Below, piece by piece: positions 38,272 to 49,556 of a stretch of DNA of 64,000 bases. The notes under the pieces are model-generated. The model worked only from the letters and a program-made list of their open reading frames with translations, had not been told where the DNA came from and did no database searches. Source of the stretch: Mytilus trossulus (taxonomy: Eukaryota); assembly GCF_036588685.1 (NCBI RefSeq), contig NC_086375.1, forward strand, positions 25,730,001 to 25,794,000, read 5' to 3'. The stretch's first letter is position 1. The number at the start of each line of letters is the position of its first letter. Both the position numbers and the translations under genes were made by a program.

Positions 38272-39899
38272 TTTTTATATTTCGATTATATTACCTCTAT
38301 TTCTCCTATTAGCTCAACAGATTAAAGGACATTATCAAAAATTATGCTTATTTTCAGCTTAAATGGACGGTGACCCCATTTTTTAATTTCATTTTTCTTT
38401 TTAGTATATGATAAAGTTCATTTTAAAAAAAATATAGCGAAATCCTATATAAGAAAAAAAATTGAATTATACCCAGGAGTCCGAGCCCCCTTAATTGGTC
38501 AACGTTAAGTTTTGTGTGTTCGGTCTGTTTTCAGTAGGTCAACTATATTTGGTGTTGATCTTTTTAATTTTTAAGTTATGGCGTTGTCAATAGATATAGG
38601 AAGATGTGGTGTGAGTGCCAATGAGACAACTATCAGTTTATTTTCTACTTATGAGTTTGAATTCCGAGGTCCTGTGCCAGTTGAAGCCCGACACCGGTTG
38701 CGGGATTTTCTTGCTGCGTTAAAGACCCAATGGTGGGCTTCGGCTGTTTTCTAATTTTTGCTCGAGTTGTTGTCTCTTTGTCATATTCCCTATTTCCATT
38801 CACACAGTCTGCCACATCAAGACTTCCAATTACTTCTTACATACTTTAGCAAGTATACTAAAGATTGGTGACATTTCATGTTGCACTTTGTAAACACAGC
38901 TATTTCACAAACCCTTCCTCTCTTTGGAAGATTTATATTATTCAGATAGTTTGTTTTGTTTACCAACTGGCTCCCAGATATGATCTACAAGTTTCATCTT
39001 GTAGGGAATCTTACCAGGATAAACACACATGGATAGCGACCATATTTAATTCCGATGAAGACCCACAGTGAAGGTTTGGTAGTACAGGTTAAGTATATAT
39101 ACCGTTACTCTCTTAGAATTTCGAGGCATATTTAATGTTAAAAATATGCTGCACAGTTAGCCTATGAAAAAATAGTACTGCATTTAAACTTAACATTCTA
39201 AGACACAATATTTTATAGTAATAGTTTTAGTCGTTGAAGAATGAGTTCCTATGGAAAGTTGCATTACCTACCTTACCATATTTCATAATTTATAGATTGT
39301 ATAAAATTGAGACGTGTCAAAGAGAATACAACCAGACCAAAGAAAAACAACAGAAGGCCACCAATGGGTCTTTCACACAGCGAGAAAATTCCGCACCCAA
39401 AAATGTATACTAGTTCAGTCATACTATAGTTTATTTTGACTCGAAGCATTTCATGTTTTTTACGGTGTAGTGTTTTTACTGTATACAAAACATTTTCTAT
39501 TCAGAATGTAATTTATGTGTTTCTGATGTACTATTCAATGCAGATTTAGACATTCTTCATTCAAGGCAATCTAATAAAACTGATCCTTTTAGAAAAGGCA
39601 TTGACATACAATTGCACAAGCTTAACACACTATTTCCATATATAGTGAGTTCTAGAGCACCGTCCCTTGATGAATATTGTCCAGTAGCAATGTTAACCCT
39701 TGCTATTGTGCATTAGTCATGAGGAGAATCACTATTGGAGTAATCTCGTGTATCTGTAGCTAGTTCTGAAGGATCCCCCTTGATGACCTTTGCATTGTTG
39801 TGATGAAGTCCCTCCCTACTGTGCACTGGTCATGAGGAGAACTACTGCAGATTGAGATACTATATTCCCGGTTCTATTTTTGCTATTTTTTAGTTTTTA

Positions 39900-40145
39900 C
39901 GTATTTTAAAATAAACTTAATATCATATCCTTTTAATATTAAATCGGCCTCATTGCACTCAATGTCTCTTACTATAATTATATCCTACATTGCTCATATT
40001 ATCAATTTATTATTTATGTATTACTTATTGTGTATTTCACTAATGTTTATATAATCATTGTATTATGATGTTTTTGTATCTTGCCTGACAAGGGCCCATG
40101 ATTGGAAAAATAAAATAATGTCTAATGTCTAATGTCTAATGTCTA
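39900..40145 (+). mobile_element. Possible LINE 3' tail remnant
   Basis: T-rich tract ending in GGGCCCATGATTGGAAAAATAAAA followed by (TAATGTC)n, the layout typical of CR1/L2 tails; no reverse-transcriptase sequence seen. Confidence 0.3.
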
Positions 40146-40607
40146 TACAGCTTTAAAACGTTATTTGAAATACAGACCAGATAAAGGCAATGTACAAAGT
40201 ATGAGGAAGTAGTAAAGATCAATATAAGGCCAATGTTGAAAGTATGGGGAAGTATTTTGTTATAATTTTAAAAATGTAGTCAAGGTCGTAAACAACTTCC
40301 ATTTGTTGTTTGAAATAAATATGTATTTTTAGACTACTTGATATATAAATGTCAATGGTTTCAACAAAAAGGTATTTCCTAAACTAAAAGTTAAAATATA
40401 GTTACATAAAACAAAACAAAACTTATTATGTTAATTTTATACTGACGATTCACTATTAAATTTTAATGAACCATTATTAACTAATTACATAATTTCCGGT
40501 TTTTTTTCAGGTTTAAGAGTAACGCTAGAAATTAAAGATTTAGGGACAAAATGAATTTTAACAAAAAGCCACGTCGTTGATAGGTTGAAGAGTGCACAAT
40601 TTTCAGA

Positions 40608-41848
40608 ATGACGACACAAGAAAATTTGAAAACTACTACTTTAGACACAAGAAAATTGAAAACTACTACTTTAGACACAAGAAAATTGAAAACTACTACT
40701 TTAGACACAAGAAAATTGAAAACTACTACTTTTTTTTTTAGCTCCAAGTTAAAGGTCGGTATAATCAGCTAGACAAGACAATACAAGACATTAAAATTGA
40801 AAACTACTACTTTAGATACTGAAACCCATCTAGTGCTTCGCCAACAACTAAAACAACTAAAACAACTAAAACAACTAAAACAACTAAAACAACTAAAACA
40901 ACTAAAACAACTAAAACAACTAAAACAACTAAAACGTATGTAATATCATTGTAATATATCATTCTTATAGTCTCTCATTTCTCTTTAGTTATTATTAGAT
41001 GCTTGTTTTATGTAAAGTTGTAATATTATGTAAATGATTATAGGATGTGTGACTTAAGTAAGATAATGTCTTGTATTGTCTTGTCTAGCTGATTATACCG
41101 ACCTTTAACTTGGAGCTAAAAAAAAATGTCGAATGCGTATATTTTGTAATTCATTTATTTCATTTCGCTCTTTTCATTTATTACTGCTCCTTTGTATACA
41201 TTCCATCATTGTGATGATCTCGAGAGCCTACGTGTTTGTCCATTTGACTGAAAAACTGGCAGTCAGTATCTAGGTTGACTTGTAACTAAATAAAATTACA
41301 ATCATTGTAAACCAATTTTAGTTTCTTTGACAATCTGTGTTAGAAATATTTAAACCAATTTATGTTGATATCGGGTTTTTTTTGGTATTTTGCAGACGAC
41401 AGTTCAAATCCGTCACAGAATAATGAATTTCAAGAAAAAGAATTACCAATGGATGGACTTTTACCAGCCCCACCACCATTATCGTCAAGGAGGGAAAATC
41501 ATTATAGCAAAGACGGTTCACCAAAAAATGACAATGCTCCTGAAATCCCTCCTAGTGATCTTCCACCTCCCGTTCCTCCCCGCAAAAAAAACAATATTTG
41601 ACTCACTTAAACGCTGTCAAAGTGTATCACCACAGCAGCCAACAAGGCATTTATCTGGTCCTTTTCAAAACTTAAATGCAACTTTACCACGGTGTAGTGC
41701 CATGGAAAGGGAAAGACCAACAATAAATGTTTCTTCTGGTCAAGACTTGATAGTGTTTGACTCACTTCCACACTCTGTCATGGGACTGAAGGAATTACGA
41801 CCAAGAATAACCGCTCAAGAGGGAAAGCAAAATTTCTTTAAACGATAA
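40608..41848 (+). pseudogene. Disabled two-exon proline-rich gene; the terminal exon resembles a SOS-type C-terminal tail
   Basis: Exon A: acceptor 40510, ATG 40608, donor 40935, with 30-bp and 9-bp tandem repeats and an in-frame TAG at 40770 inside an inverted insertion. Exon B from 41396 (phase compatible): PAPPPLSSRR...PEIPP..PPPVPPRKK, with a 1-nt frameshift in the A8 run at 41584-41591 that joins the two ORF-track frames. Confidence 0.45.
40843..40935. repeat. 9-bp minisatellite (CAACTAAAA)n; an adjacent 30-bp repeat lies at 40613-40730
   Basis: About 10 perfect copies; GACACAAGAAAATTGAAAACTACTACTTTA x about 4. Confidence 0.9.
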
Positions 41849-44585
41849 TTTTTGTATTGCCAATGGTATCTTTTTTTCTTCCATAATTTAAATCAAAGTA
41901 CTGAGGTACTGAACATCGGATGACTGCAACTTATATTTGATTATGATTAAATGACAAACACGTTTCTTCGGTACATGTGCACAGATATTTTAAAATGATG
42001 TTATCATTCAATAGCGCAAAGGACGTTTGAAGAAATTTCTGCGACAACATAACACCGCGGTATGCCCTCTCAATGTCACATCCGATGTAAAAATGAACTC
42101 AGAATTTTCAGGAGACGTTAGCAACATTTGTTTTGATTGATTCTTCTTTCGTTATATTAATATAGTTCATGCAACAATAGTTTGGTCAGTATTGCTTTCA
42201 CTAATTTTGAGTATTCTTAAAATCAATTAGCATATACATAGAGAAAAAAAATTCTAATATCATATTTTGATTACCTTCAAGGGAGACGGGTTTATATAAG
42301 TTCTTCTTGTTTCATCTTATATAATTGTATTTTGTGCACTTTTGAAAAAATAAAATATTGTTTAAACTGATTTCAAACTAAGTAGCATTTTGTGATACAA
42401 TTGTTGTGATGCAAATTTTATTTAACCAGTTTATTCAAAATTTATTAAGGGTGCTGCTGAACTCGATGTATCGCCTCCTTTGGCTGTTAGTCTCAGGCTG
42501 AACAACAATGATGTTTACTAAGTTTCAGGTTGATTGGATTTCAACTTCATCAAAAACTACCTCGACCAAAAACTTTAACCTGAATCGGGACGGACGGAAT
42601 AACAGAAGAACCGAGGACGGACGGACGGACGAGCGGACGCACAGACCAGAAAACATAATGCCCATAAATGGGACATAAAAATCTCTGTTGTGTTGATCTT
42701 GTATTGCTGATCGTTTAGTCTGTTTGTTTCTCTCTATCTTCTTTAATTTTTGCTCAAAACATAACACAGGGTTAAAAAGAGATCCTTTTTAGGGGCTGGG
42801 CGATAACTCCTATAAAAAGTGACAGCCTACTACCTTGATCTTGTCTTGCTGATCACTTTTGCCTATATAATTTTCTGTCTTTCTATTCTAATTTTAAAGA
42901 AATACGGCACAAACGCAAAACATTGTAAAATTCATCATGAAAGGACAATAACTCTCAAAAGAATTAGGCTGACGATTTATGTAACAGAAATGTGCGAGGA
43001 GATGAATTTCATTACAGAAATGATTGTACTTTCTTTAATGTTGAACGGCTGAAATTTTGACAGCAGATATTTGTGAAGTTAAAATATACTACGAGTTTCT
43101 CTAATTAAATGAACAGCAACGACACATTTGTTCTTGTTTGCTTAGCTAAGTTTGTAAAATTGTAATGTCAGTTTACAAATAACATGTACCTTCCCATTTA
43201 TTCGTGCATTTGTTAATACGTTTAATTTGTTCATGCATTATTTCATATTTGTTATATTGTTGTACTATCATGCCTCATGTGAGGCCTTTAGTGAAATACA
43301 ATGTTTCAGTGTTTCAATGATCTTATTTGTAAAACTTGTCTTGTTAATTATTTTTGCAATTTAATGTTTCTCTGTATCTATAGTATAGTTTTCTAAGATA
43401 TTTAGGCAAAAATTTAAAAAATGTAAAATATGAAAATATGGAGGATAAAAAAAATCAAGAACCGCCCCATTCCAAAATTGTGGTTATTTATGGTCAAGGT
43501 AGCTTATTTTTTGTTGTTTAAAATCAGACAAGTACAATGATTATTTAAAACCATCATTATCATCTATTTAAATTTTGTATTAAGTTATTTTCTAAAATTA
43601 TAAAAAGACCAACCATAGATTTGTCCAAAGTTCCAGTCAAGGTGCTTTGAAAATGTCTTACTTTTTTTCCAATTTATGCCTTTCTGCAATTTTTTCACGA
43701 GGGTACTGGATCTTAACCCTCGGCTAGCGAAGGTTTCATCTCTGTACTAATGGGGTGTTGGAATATCTGGGCGGCCCCGATGTTTCGATGCATTTTATTT
43801 GCCAAAATTTATATATTTGAAAACAAAAGTTGTGAAAGTAATAATGAACTAATACAATGGTCCCTAAAATAGACATTTCATTATTAATAGACAGAGGGGT
43901 ATAAATCTCGGTGAGACAGAAACCCAATGAAAAAAAAATGAAAAGAATTTTAATTTGACACACAGCAAAATCCAACATATATATTTACTATACCATATGT
44001 AACGGTAATAAATTACGTACTTATAGGGAGTATAAACATGTTTTAGATTTCAGTTCTTATGTTCAAATTTTAGAAGTCTTAGAAGTGTCAATTACCACTT
44101 GCAGTTGAAAGGGTAGATACACCTAGCAAAAAATCCCTTTAAATGAGCGTACTTGTATATATTTTACAGCGAAATGTGTTGAGGATGATTTTTTTTTTTT
44201 TTTAGGGTGCGATTTTTATGCAGATTTAAGATATAATTTAATGAAAAAATCTTGTGATATTTGTGAGACTATAACGACAGGACAAACTTTGTTTCTTCAT
44301 GTCAAATGATTTACATGTATATATTTTAAGGGGAAAATTATTTTAACATAATTAAAGTTCATTAAACATGATTTAAAAAAAAGAAAAAAAATCACACTTT
44401 TTGTTTCGATCCCCGAAATGTTGCAATAATTTTAAGTCTCGAATCAATTAATTCAAACAGAAAGAACATTGTGTGGTTACCCAACAGCGGCAGATGAAAG
44501 CTTTCAAAATTATGCCGATAATCACTTGATCAACTTAAATTCCGAGTACTAATTAATTCATCGGCTTGTGATTACGCAATTCTTT

Positions 44586-44787
44586 CCACGCCCAGTGAGT
44601 TTCAAGTCACCCCGTGTATTGTACACAGATCGGACTAATTACCACTACTTGTGTAAAGTGCAATTAACAGATTAAAACAATACGACATTATTCGAGGACC
44701 AATGAAATGGCCGCATCTAAAAACTTCAATGGGCTATTATAAAAACGGGTGTTCTACTATTTTTGACATATTTCAAGCAATTTCAGT
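44586..44787 (+). promoter_or_regulatory. Compact Pol II core promoter of the LxCxE gene
   Basis: CCACGCCC (Sp/KLF box) 44586-44593, CCAAT 44699-44703, YY1-like AAATGGCCGC 44705-44714, TATAAAAA 44738-44745, about 50 nt before the ATG. Confidence 0.55.
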
Positions 44788-45766
44788 ATGCTCAACATGT
44801 ATATAAAAGTTAAAAGCGAGTTAATAACACCTCTTACAGTTGATACGGAATATGAATACGATTTGGATATGACAATGTTTCCGGGAATAAATGATCCTAT
44901 AGCCAGACTTCAACCAACATTACTGATACACTCAAGAGGCGGTTGTGTCTGTAAACAAGATTCATATGCTGAATTGCAAGAATTAATAGGTTCGTATACT
45001 GTTAAACAGATATTGTATAATATATTTTTTACTTTATTACAAAAAAAAATTATTGAAAAAAAATTATTACGAGTTCCTATAAATAACGTTAGCACATGCC
45101 ATAAAAACAATCTGTTTTTTTTAGCGAACTGTTGTGAAATACAAATTCACGTTTAAAACGTTTGACGCAATATAAAAAGAAGCTTTACACGATCTTACAC
45201 TGAGTCTGACTTAGAACTATATGGTCTGAGGTAAAAATTAATTAATAATTATTTTCATTTTTTCATGTGAGGAAAAGTTTATAGTTAACATTTACATATT
45301 CAAGAAAATTGGCTTATGTAAACCTTCTTACCAGTATACTAAATATCATTTTCTGTTTTCAGAATCATGTACAGACTTAGAGTGCAACGAATCAGACAGT
45401 TTCATAGATGAATTTCTTGATGATAGCGATGAAGAAAACTCAGTTTACTCCTCGACACCATCAAACACAGATGATGATTTTTCAAACTGTTCTACTACTC
45501 TTAGTATCGATGATGAATACCTATATAACGGAATAGCATCGATCACAGACCTATTTACACCCGATATCACCACATCGTTACGAAATGCTGAAAAACAGAC
45601 ACCGGAGCGGACAACCTTGTCTCACGCCATTCAGAAGAGAGGTACAAAGCGCAGACTGTTCTCGGATGAAGAAAACAATCCTCCAGCTAAACGGAAGCAA
45701 GCATTTACATGTGATGATAGAGATCTGTTTTCAGTGCTAGATGGATTATTTAACCACAATCAATGA
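44788..45766 (+). CDS. Orphan 201-aa acidic nuclear protein with LxCxE, E2F-like, RxL (KRRLF) and NLS motifs
   Basis: Exon 1 44788-44989 (donor G|gttcgt), exon 2 45363-45766 (acceptor ttttcag; open through to the TGA at 45764); phases match; upstream CCAAT and TATA; AATAAA at 45981. Motifs: DLECNE 45374-45391, KRRLF 45647-45661, PPAKRK 45680-45697. Confidence 0.8.
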
Positions 45767-47454
45767 CATTACCGGTATAAACTATATATTCATGTTGAAA
45801 TAGCTATTTTATGATTTTTTATTATACTTACTTTATTCAAATGTATATTGTAGAATAGTGCGATGTGACAAATGGTGCTTCAGTTTTATGGTGCGGAAAT
45901 TTTATATTACTAGTGCAAAATGTTTGTTAAAAGATTTTGTTATTGTTTATATGTTATGAAATAGTAATCAATAGTGCAAAAATAAAAAGTTAACAAACAT
46001 ACATATTCTTTTATTTAAAATCAACTACATTGGCGCACGGTCTACTATTTATGTGTTATTTTGGACTCTTGTGGAGAATTGTCTCCGACATTGGCATTCA
46101 TACCACATCTTCTTATATCTTTTTAAATACATGACAAAAGGACGGAAGATTTTTTTGTTTATCTGTATATTTCTAGTTGAGAATAATTATGGATTTACTT
46201 TATTCGAACTGATTTATAGATAAAAAGATATCTATGGGAAAATACGTACACTATTTTAATTCAACAAGATTTATGTGTATAGATATAAGAAGATGTGATA
46301 TGATTGGCAATGAGATAACTCTATCCAAGTCACAATTTATGAAAGTAAACCATAATAGGTTGAAGTACTGACCTGTCTTCAACACGGAGCCTTGGCTCAC
46401 AACGCACAGCAAGCTCTAAAGGGTGTAAAACCATTCAAAGACAAAACCAACGGTTCGCATATATGTTGGATATACAAGTAAAAAATAATACATCTTGGGG
46501 AGAGTGCATCGGTAGTATACGATCATACATTGTAATTTAGCAAACTGCAACAATCCTCTTTGCCCTTAGGAATTTGAGCGGATCTGTACATTCGAAGGAG
46601 GGGGATAATCTCCCCATTACTTCGTCGGGAACACAAATATTCCTAGGTGACCGCGGTCTCAGATGTGGCATATTGTTAGTAAAAACTACCGGTATATCTA
46701 TTTCCTGGTAAAAATAACAAGTAATTAAGCTATTGGGAAAAAAGTTGATAGGGTGTTGGTCAGGCCTTTACATGCTATATGTAATTATTTTTTTCCATGC
46801 AAATACCATATTTGTATCACAATTTCATGATTATGGGTTTATTTAGAGTGAGACAATAATTTATACGATGTCAATGCAGAATTTATCGACAATTGAACAC
46901 CAAAGTACAAGCAATCTGGTCAGTTGATTATATAGGGAATCACTGAAACATGACTGGAGCCCCCCTCTAAGGTCAGTCAGCCATAATGAAAAGTTCTGGA
47001 CCCACCATTGTAACTACTCACAGATGTCGTGTCTTTAATCTCACTATCTGTGAATTCGGATACTCATAGTACATTTACATGCATTGAAATGAAGCATCGA
47101 CGAGCTTTCAGGACTTATAATTATATATAACCGAACGATTATTGAAAAAAAATCCAAGTACACAGACAAGCAAAACATAAATGAAAATAAAAACATGAGC
47201 TTCTGACGATCGATTTTCTGGATGTATAGCTTTTATTGAAATTTTGCTTCTCGAATTTACTACCCATCTATTTTAGACAATTGACACCAAAAATTGGAAC
47301 TACATTTATAAGTCCAAAAGAGTCATGCAAGTAAATAACTCATAAAAGAAGTCCTCCAATGAATTGGTTCAATTTTTGCATTATTAATAGATCTGGTATT
47401 AATGATAATTTTTGTGTTGATGATTTCTTTCTATCCATTATAATATTAATATAT

Positions 47455-47765
47455 AAAAAAAGATGTGGTATGATTGCCAATGAGACAACTACCCATAAAA
47501 GAGCAAAATGACACAAACATTAGCAACTATAGGTCACCGTAAGGCCTTCAACAATGAGCAAAGCCCATACCGCATAGTCAGCTATAAAAGGCCCCGATAG
47601 AACAATGTAAAACAATTCAAACGAGAAAATAACGGCCTAATTTATGTAAAAAAATGAACGAAAAACAAATATGTAACACATAAACAAAAGACAACCACTG
47701 AATTACATGCTCCTGACTTGGGACAGGCACATGCATAAATAATGTGGCGGGGTTAAAGATGTTAG
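47455..47765 (+). repeat. High-copy interspersed repeat (AAGATGTGGTATGATTGCCAATGAGACAAC... family)
   Basis: Related copies at about 3231-3352, 32738-33010 (two), 34720-34775, 38600, 46290-46460; minus-strand pieces at about 32315-32372, 46040-46115, 57730-57862. Confidence 0.75.
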
Positions 47766-47991
47766 TTAATCCATTCTTCAGTTCCAATTTTATTTTCCCT
47801 TTCAAGTTCTTTACATAGGGACTTTATAATGGACCTAGTTTTTCTGCCAGTTAACATTACATTCACTTTGTGGTGAAAGTTTTTTAAATTTTAATAACTT
47901 TCTTTAACTTTCCCGGATTTCTACCTAACTTGGACAGAAGCTTTTTTATGTTTAAAGGTAGTATCTAGAAGGAAATTTCGTAAAAAAATAT

Positions 47992-48174
47992 TTCCAGTTT
48001 TTCCGTATGTTACTTATATAGGGACTTAGTTTTTCTTCCAGTTTTTCCGTATGTTACTTATATAGGGACTTAGTTTTTCTTCCAGTTTTTCCGTATGTTA
48101 CTTATATAGGGACTTAGTTTTTCTTCCAGTTTTTCCGTATGTTACTTATAGAGGGACTTAGTTTTTCTTCCAGT
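47992..48174. repeat. 43-bp tandem repeat x4 inside a HINE fragment
   Basis: TTCCAGTTTTTCCGTATGTTACTTATATAGGGACTTAGTTTTTC units. Confidence 0.85.
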
Positions 48175-48824
48175 TATTGAATGTGTCATACATGCAGTCT
48201 GCAGTTAAAGTTCCTAAACCTTTTTTTTTTAGAATCATTAAGTAGGCGAGACATTGGGTTCCGCGGAACCCTTATACATTTTTAACCTGTTTACCACACT
48301 TGTAGTTCCTTGTGAGGGGCTCGAGCTCCTTTAATTTCCTACTGCATAGTAAGCCCTTAATATCATATTAATGTGTGCTTTCTCTCTCCAAGAACACATT
48401 AAAGAAGTTAAAATGTTGAATTATATTTACTAAAAGTTACCCAAGTGCCTTTGCTAAATATCCTATGTATCATTTTTCAAATTGTATTTTTTCAAATGTG
48501 GTTATAATATACTAGATTATGGAATGTGTGTCCGAGCGAGGAATTTCTCGCTACATTGAAGATATGTTGGTGACCTTCTGCTGTTGTTTTTTTTCTATGG
48601 TCGAGTTGTTGTCTCTTTGACACATTCCCAATTTCCATTCTCAATTTTATTTAAATAGTCCTGGACTTAATGTATTACTTATGTTTCATTATTTTTTCAT
48701 GGGCAATGTTTGTACTCAATATGATGCCTAAATTATTTAATGAAGGATCATCCTGATAGATTATTCAAAAGTTACTCTTCATTCAGATGAATCTGTGCAG
48801 ATGGAAATATTCTAAAGTCTACTG

Positions 48825-49244
48825 CACCCAAGGGCGACTGGGGAATAGAAATATGGTCAATTGGCCTTCTTCCAACCGGCAGTAAAACGCTGGTCAAAAT
48901 AAGGTGTCCTTATGACTGAGTGGGATGTAAAAGTTTGCAGCTACATCCGGTCAGAATGGGGACGTCAAACCCGATGCCTCGTATAAAGAGAGTGCCACAC
49001 TCTCTGCACGTTAAGAATCATTGTAACAACACTTTGAGGTGGCCTGTTGCAAGGCAAACATTATATCACTATCCAACATACACTCATTTTCCAGTGGCAG
49101 TCCAAACTGACCCCAACCATAATTCTGAATGTCCTTTATTACTAGAGTTACTATTGTATTTATAATCAACTTGTTCTCATCCTGAATATGCATGAAATAT
49201 TTGCCACTGGACGTAATATAAGCAACCAACAATCAATTAATCGA
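48825..49244 (+). mobile_element. Second Meta-domain SINE, apparently 5'-degenerate
   Basis: GGGACGTCAAACCCGATGCCTCGT...CTCTGCACGTTAAGAA central domain similar to the 22430 SINE; CAACCAACAATCAAT tail. Confidence 0.55.
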
Positions 49245-49556
49245 TCCAATCATGGATTATTATATCGACAATATCAATATAATACTTCCATAATCCAATC
49301 AAGTCTATCAGCACAATGATTCATACAAATTAAATTCTTTCATAAAGTGTTGCATTTCATTTTAGTTTATCTGCTGCTCAGCATTAAAACTTTTCCTGTT
49401 GAAAGGTTTGTCCGTATTTAGAGTAATTTTCTTGTTCCAAACAGATTATTATGCCCGTTTGTTCACATCTATAAATATGTTGTGTAGGAGTGTTTTCCAC
49501 AATTACAGAAATCTTAAATTTGATACCCTTTATGTTTTGTAGTGAAAAGTTACATC

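Noticed and set aside
39668-39725. SECIS element
   Set aside because: No correctly spaced apical AAR and no upstream UGA-containing selenoprotein ORF.
40613-40935. CRISPR-like array (also considered for 1-119 and 47992-48174)
   Set aside because: Head-to-tail repeats without unique spacers, no cas genes, eukaryotic context.
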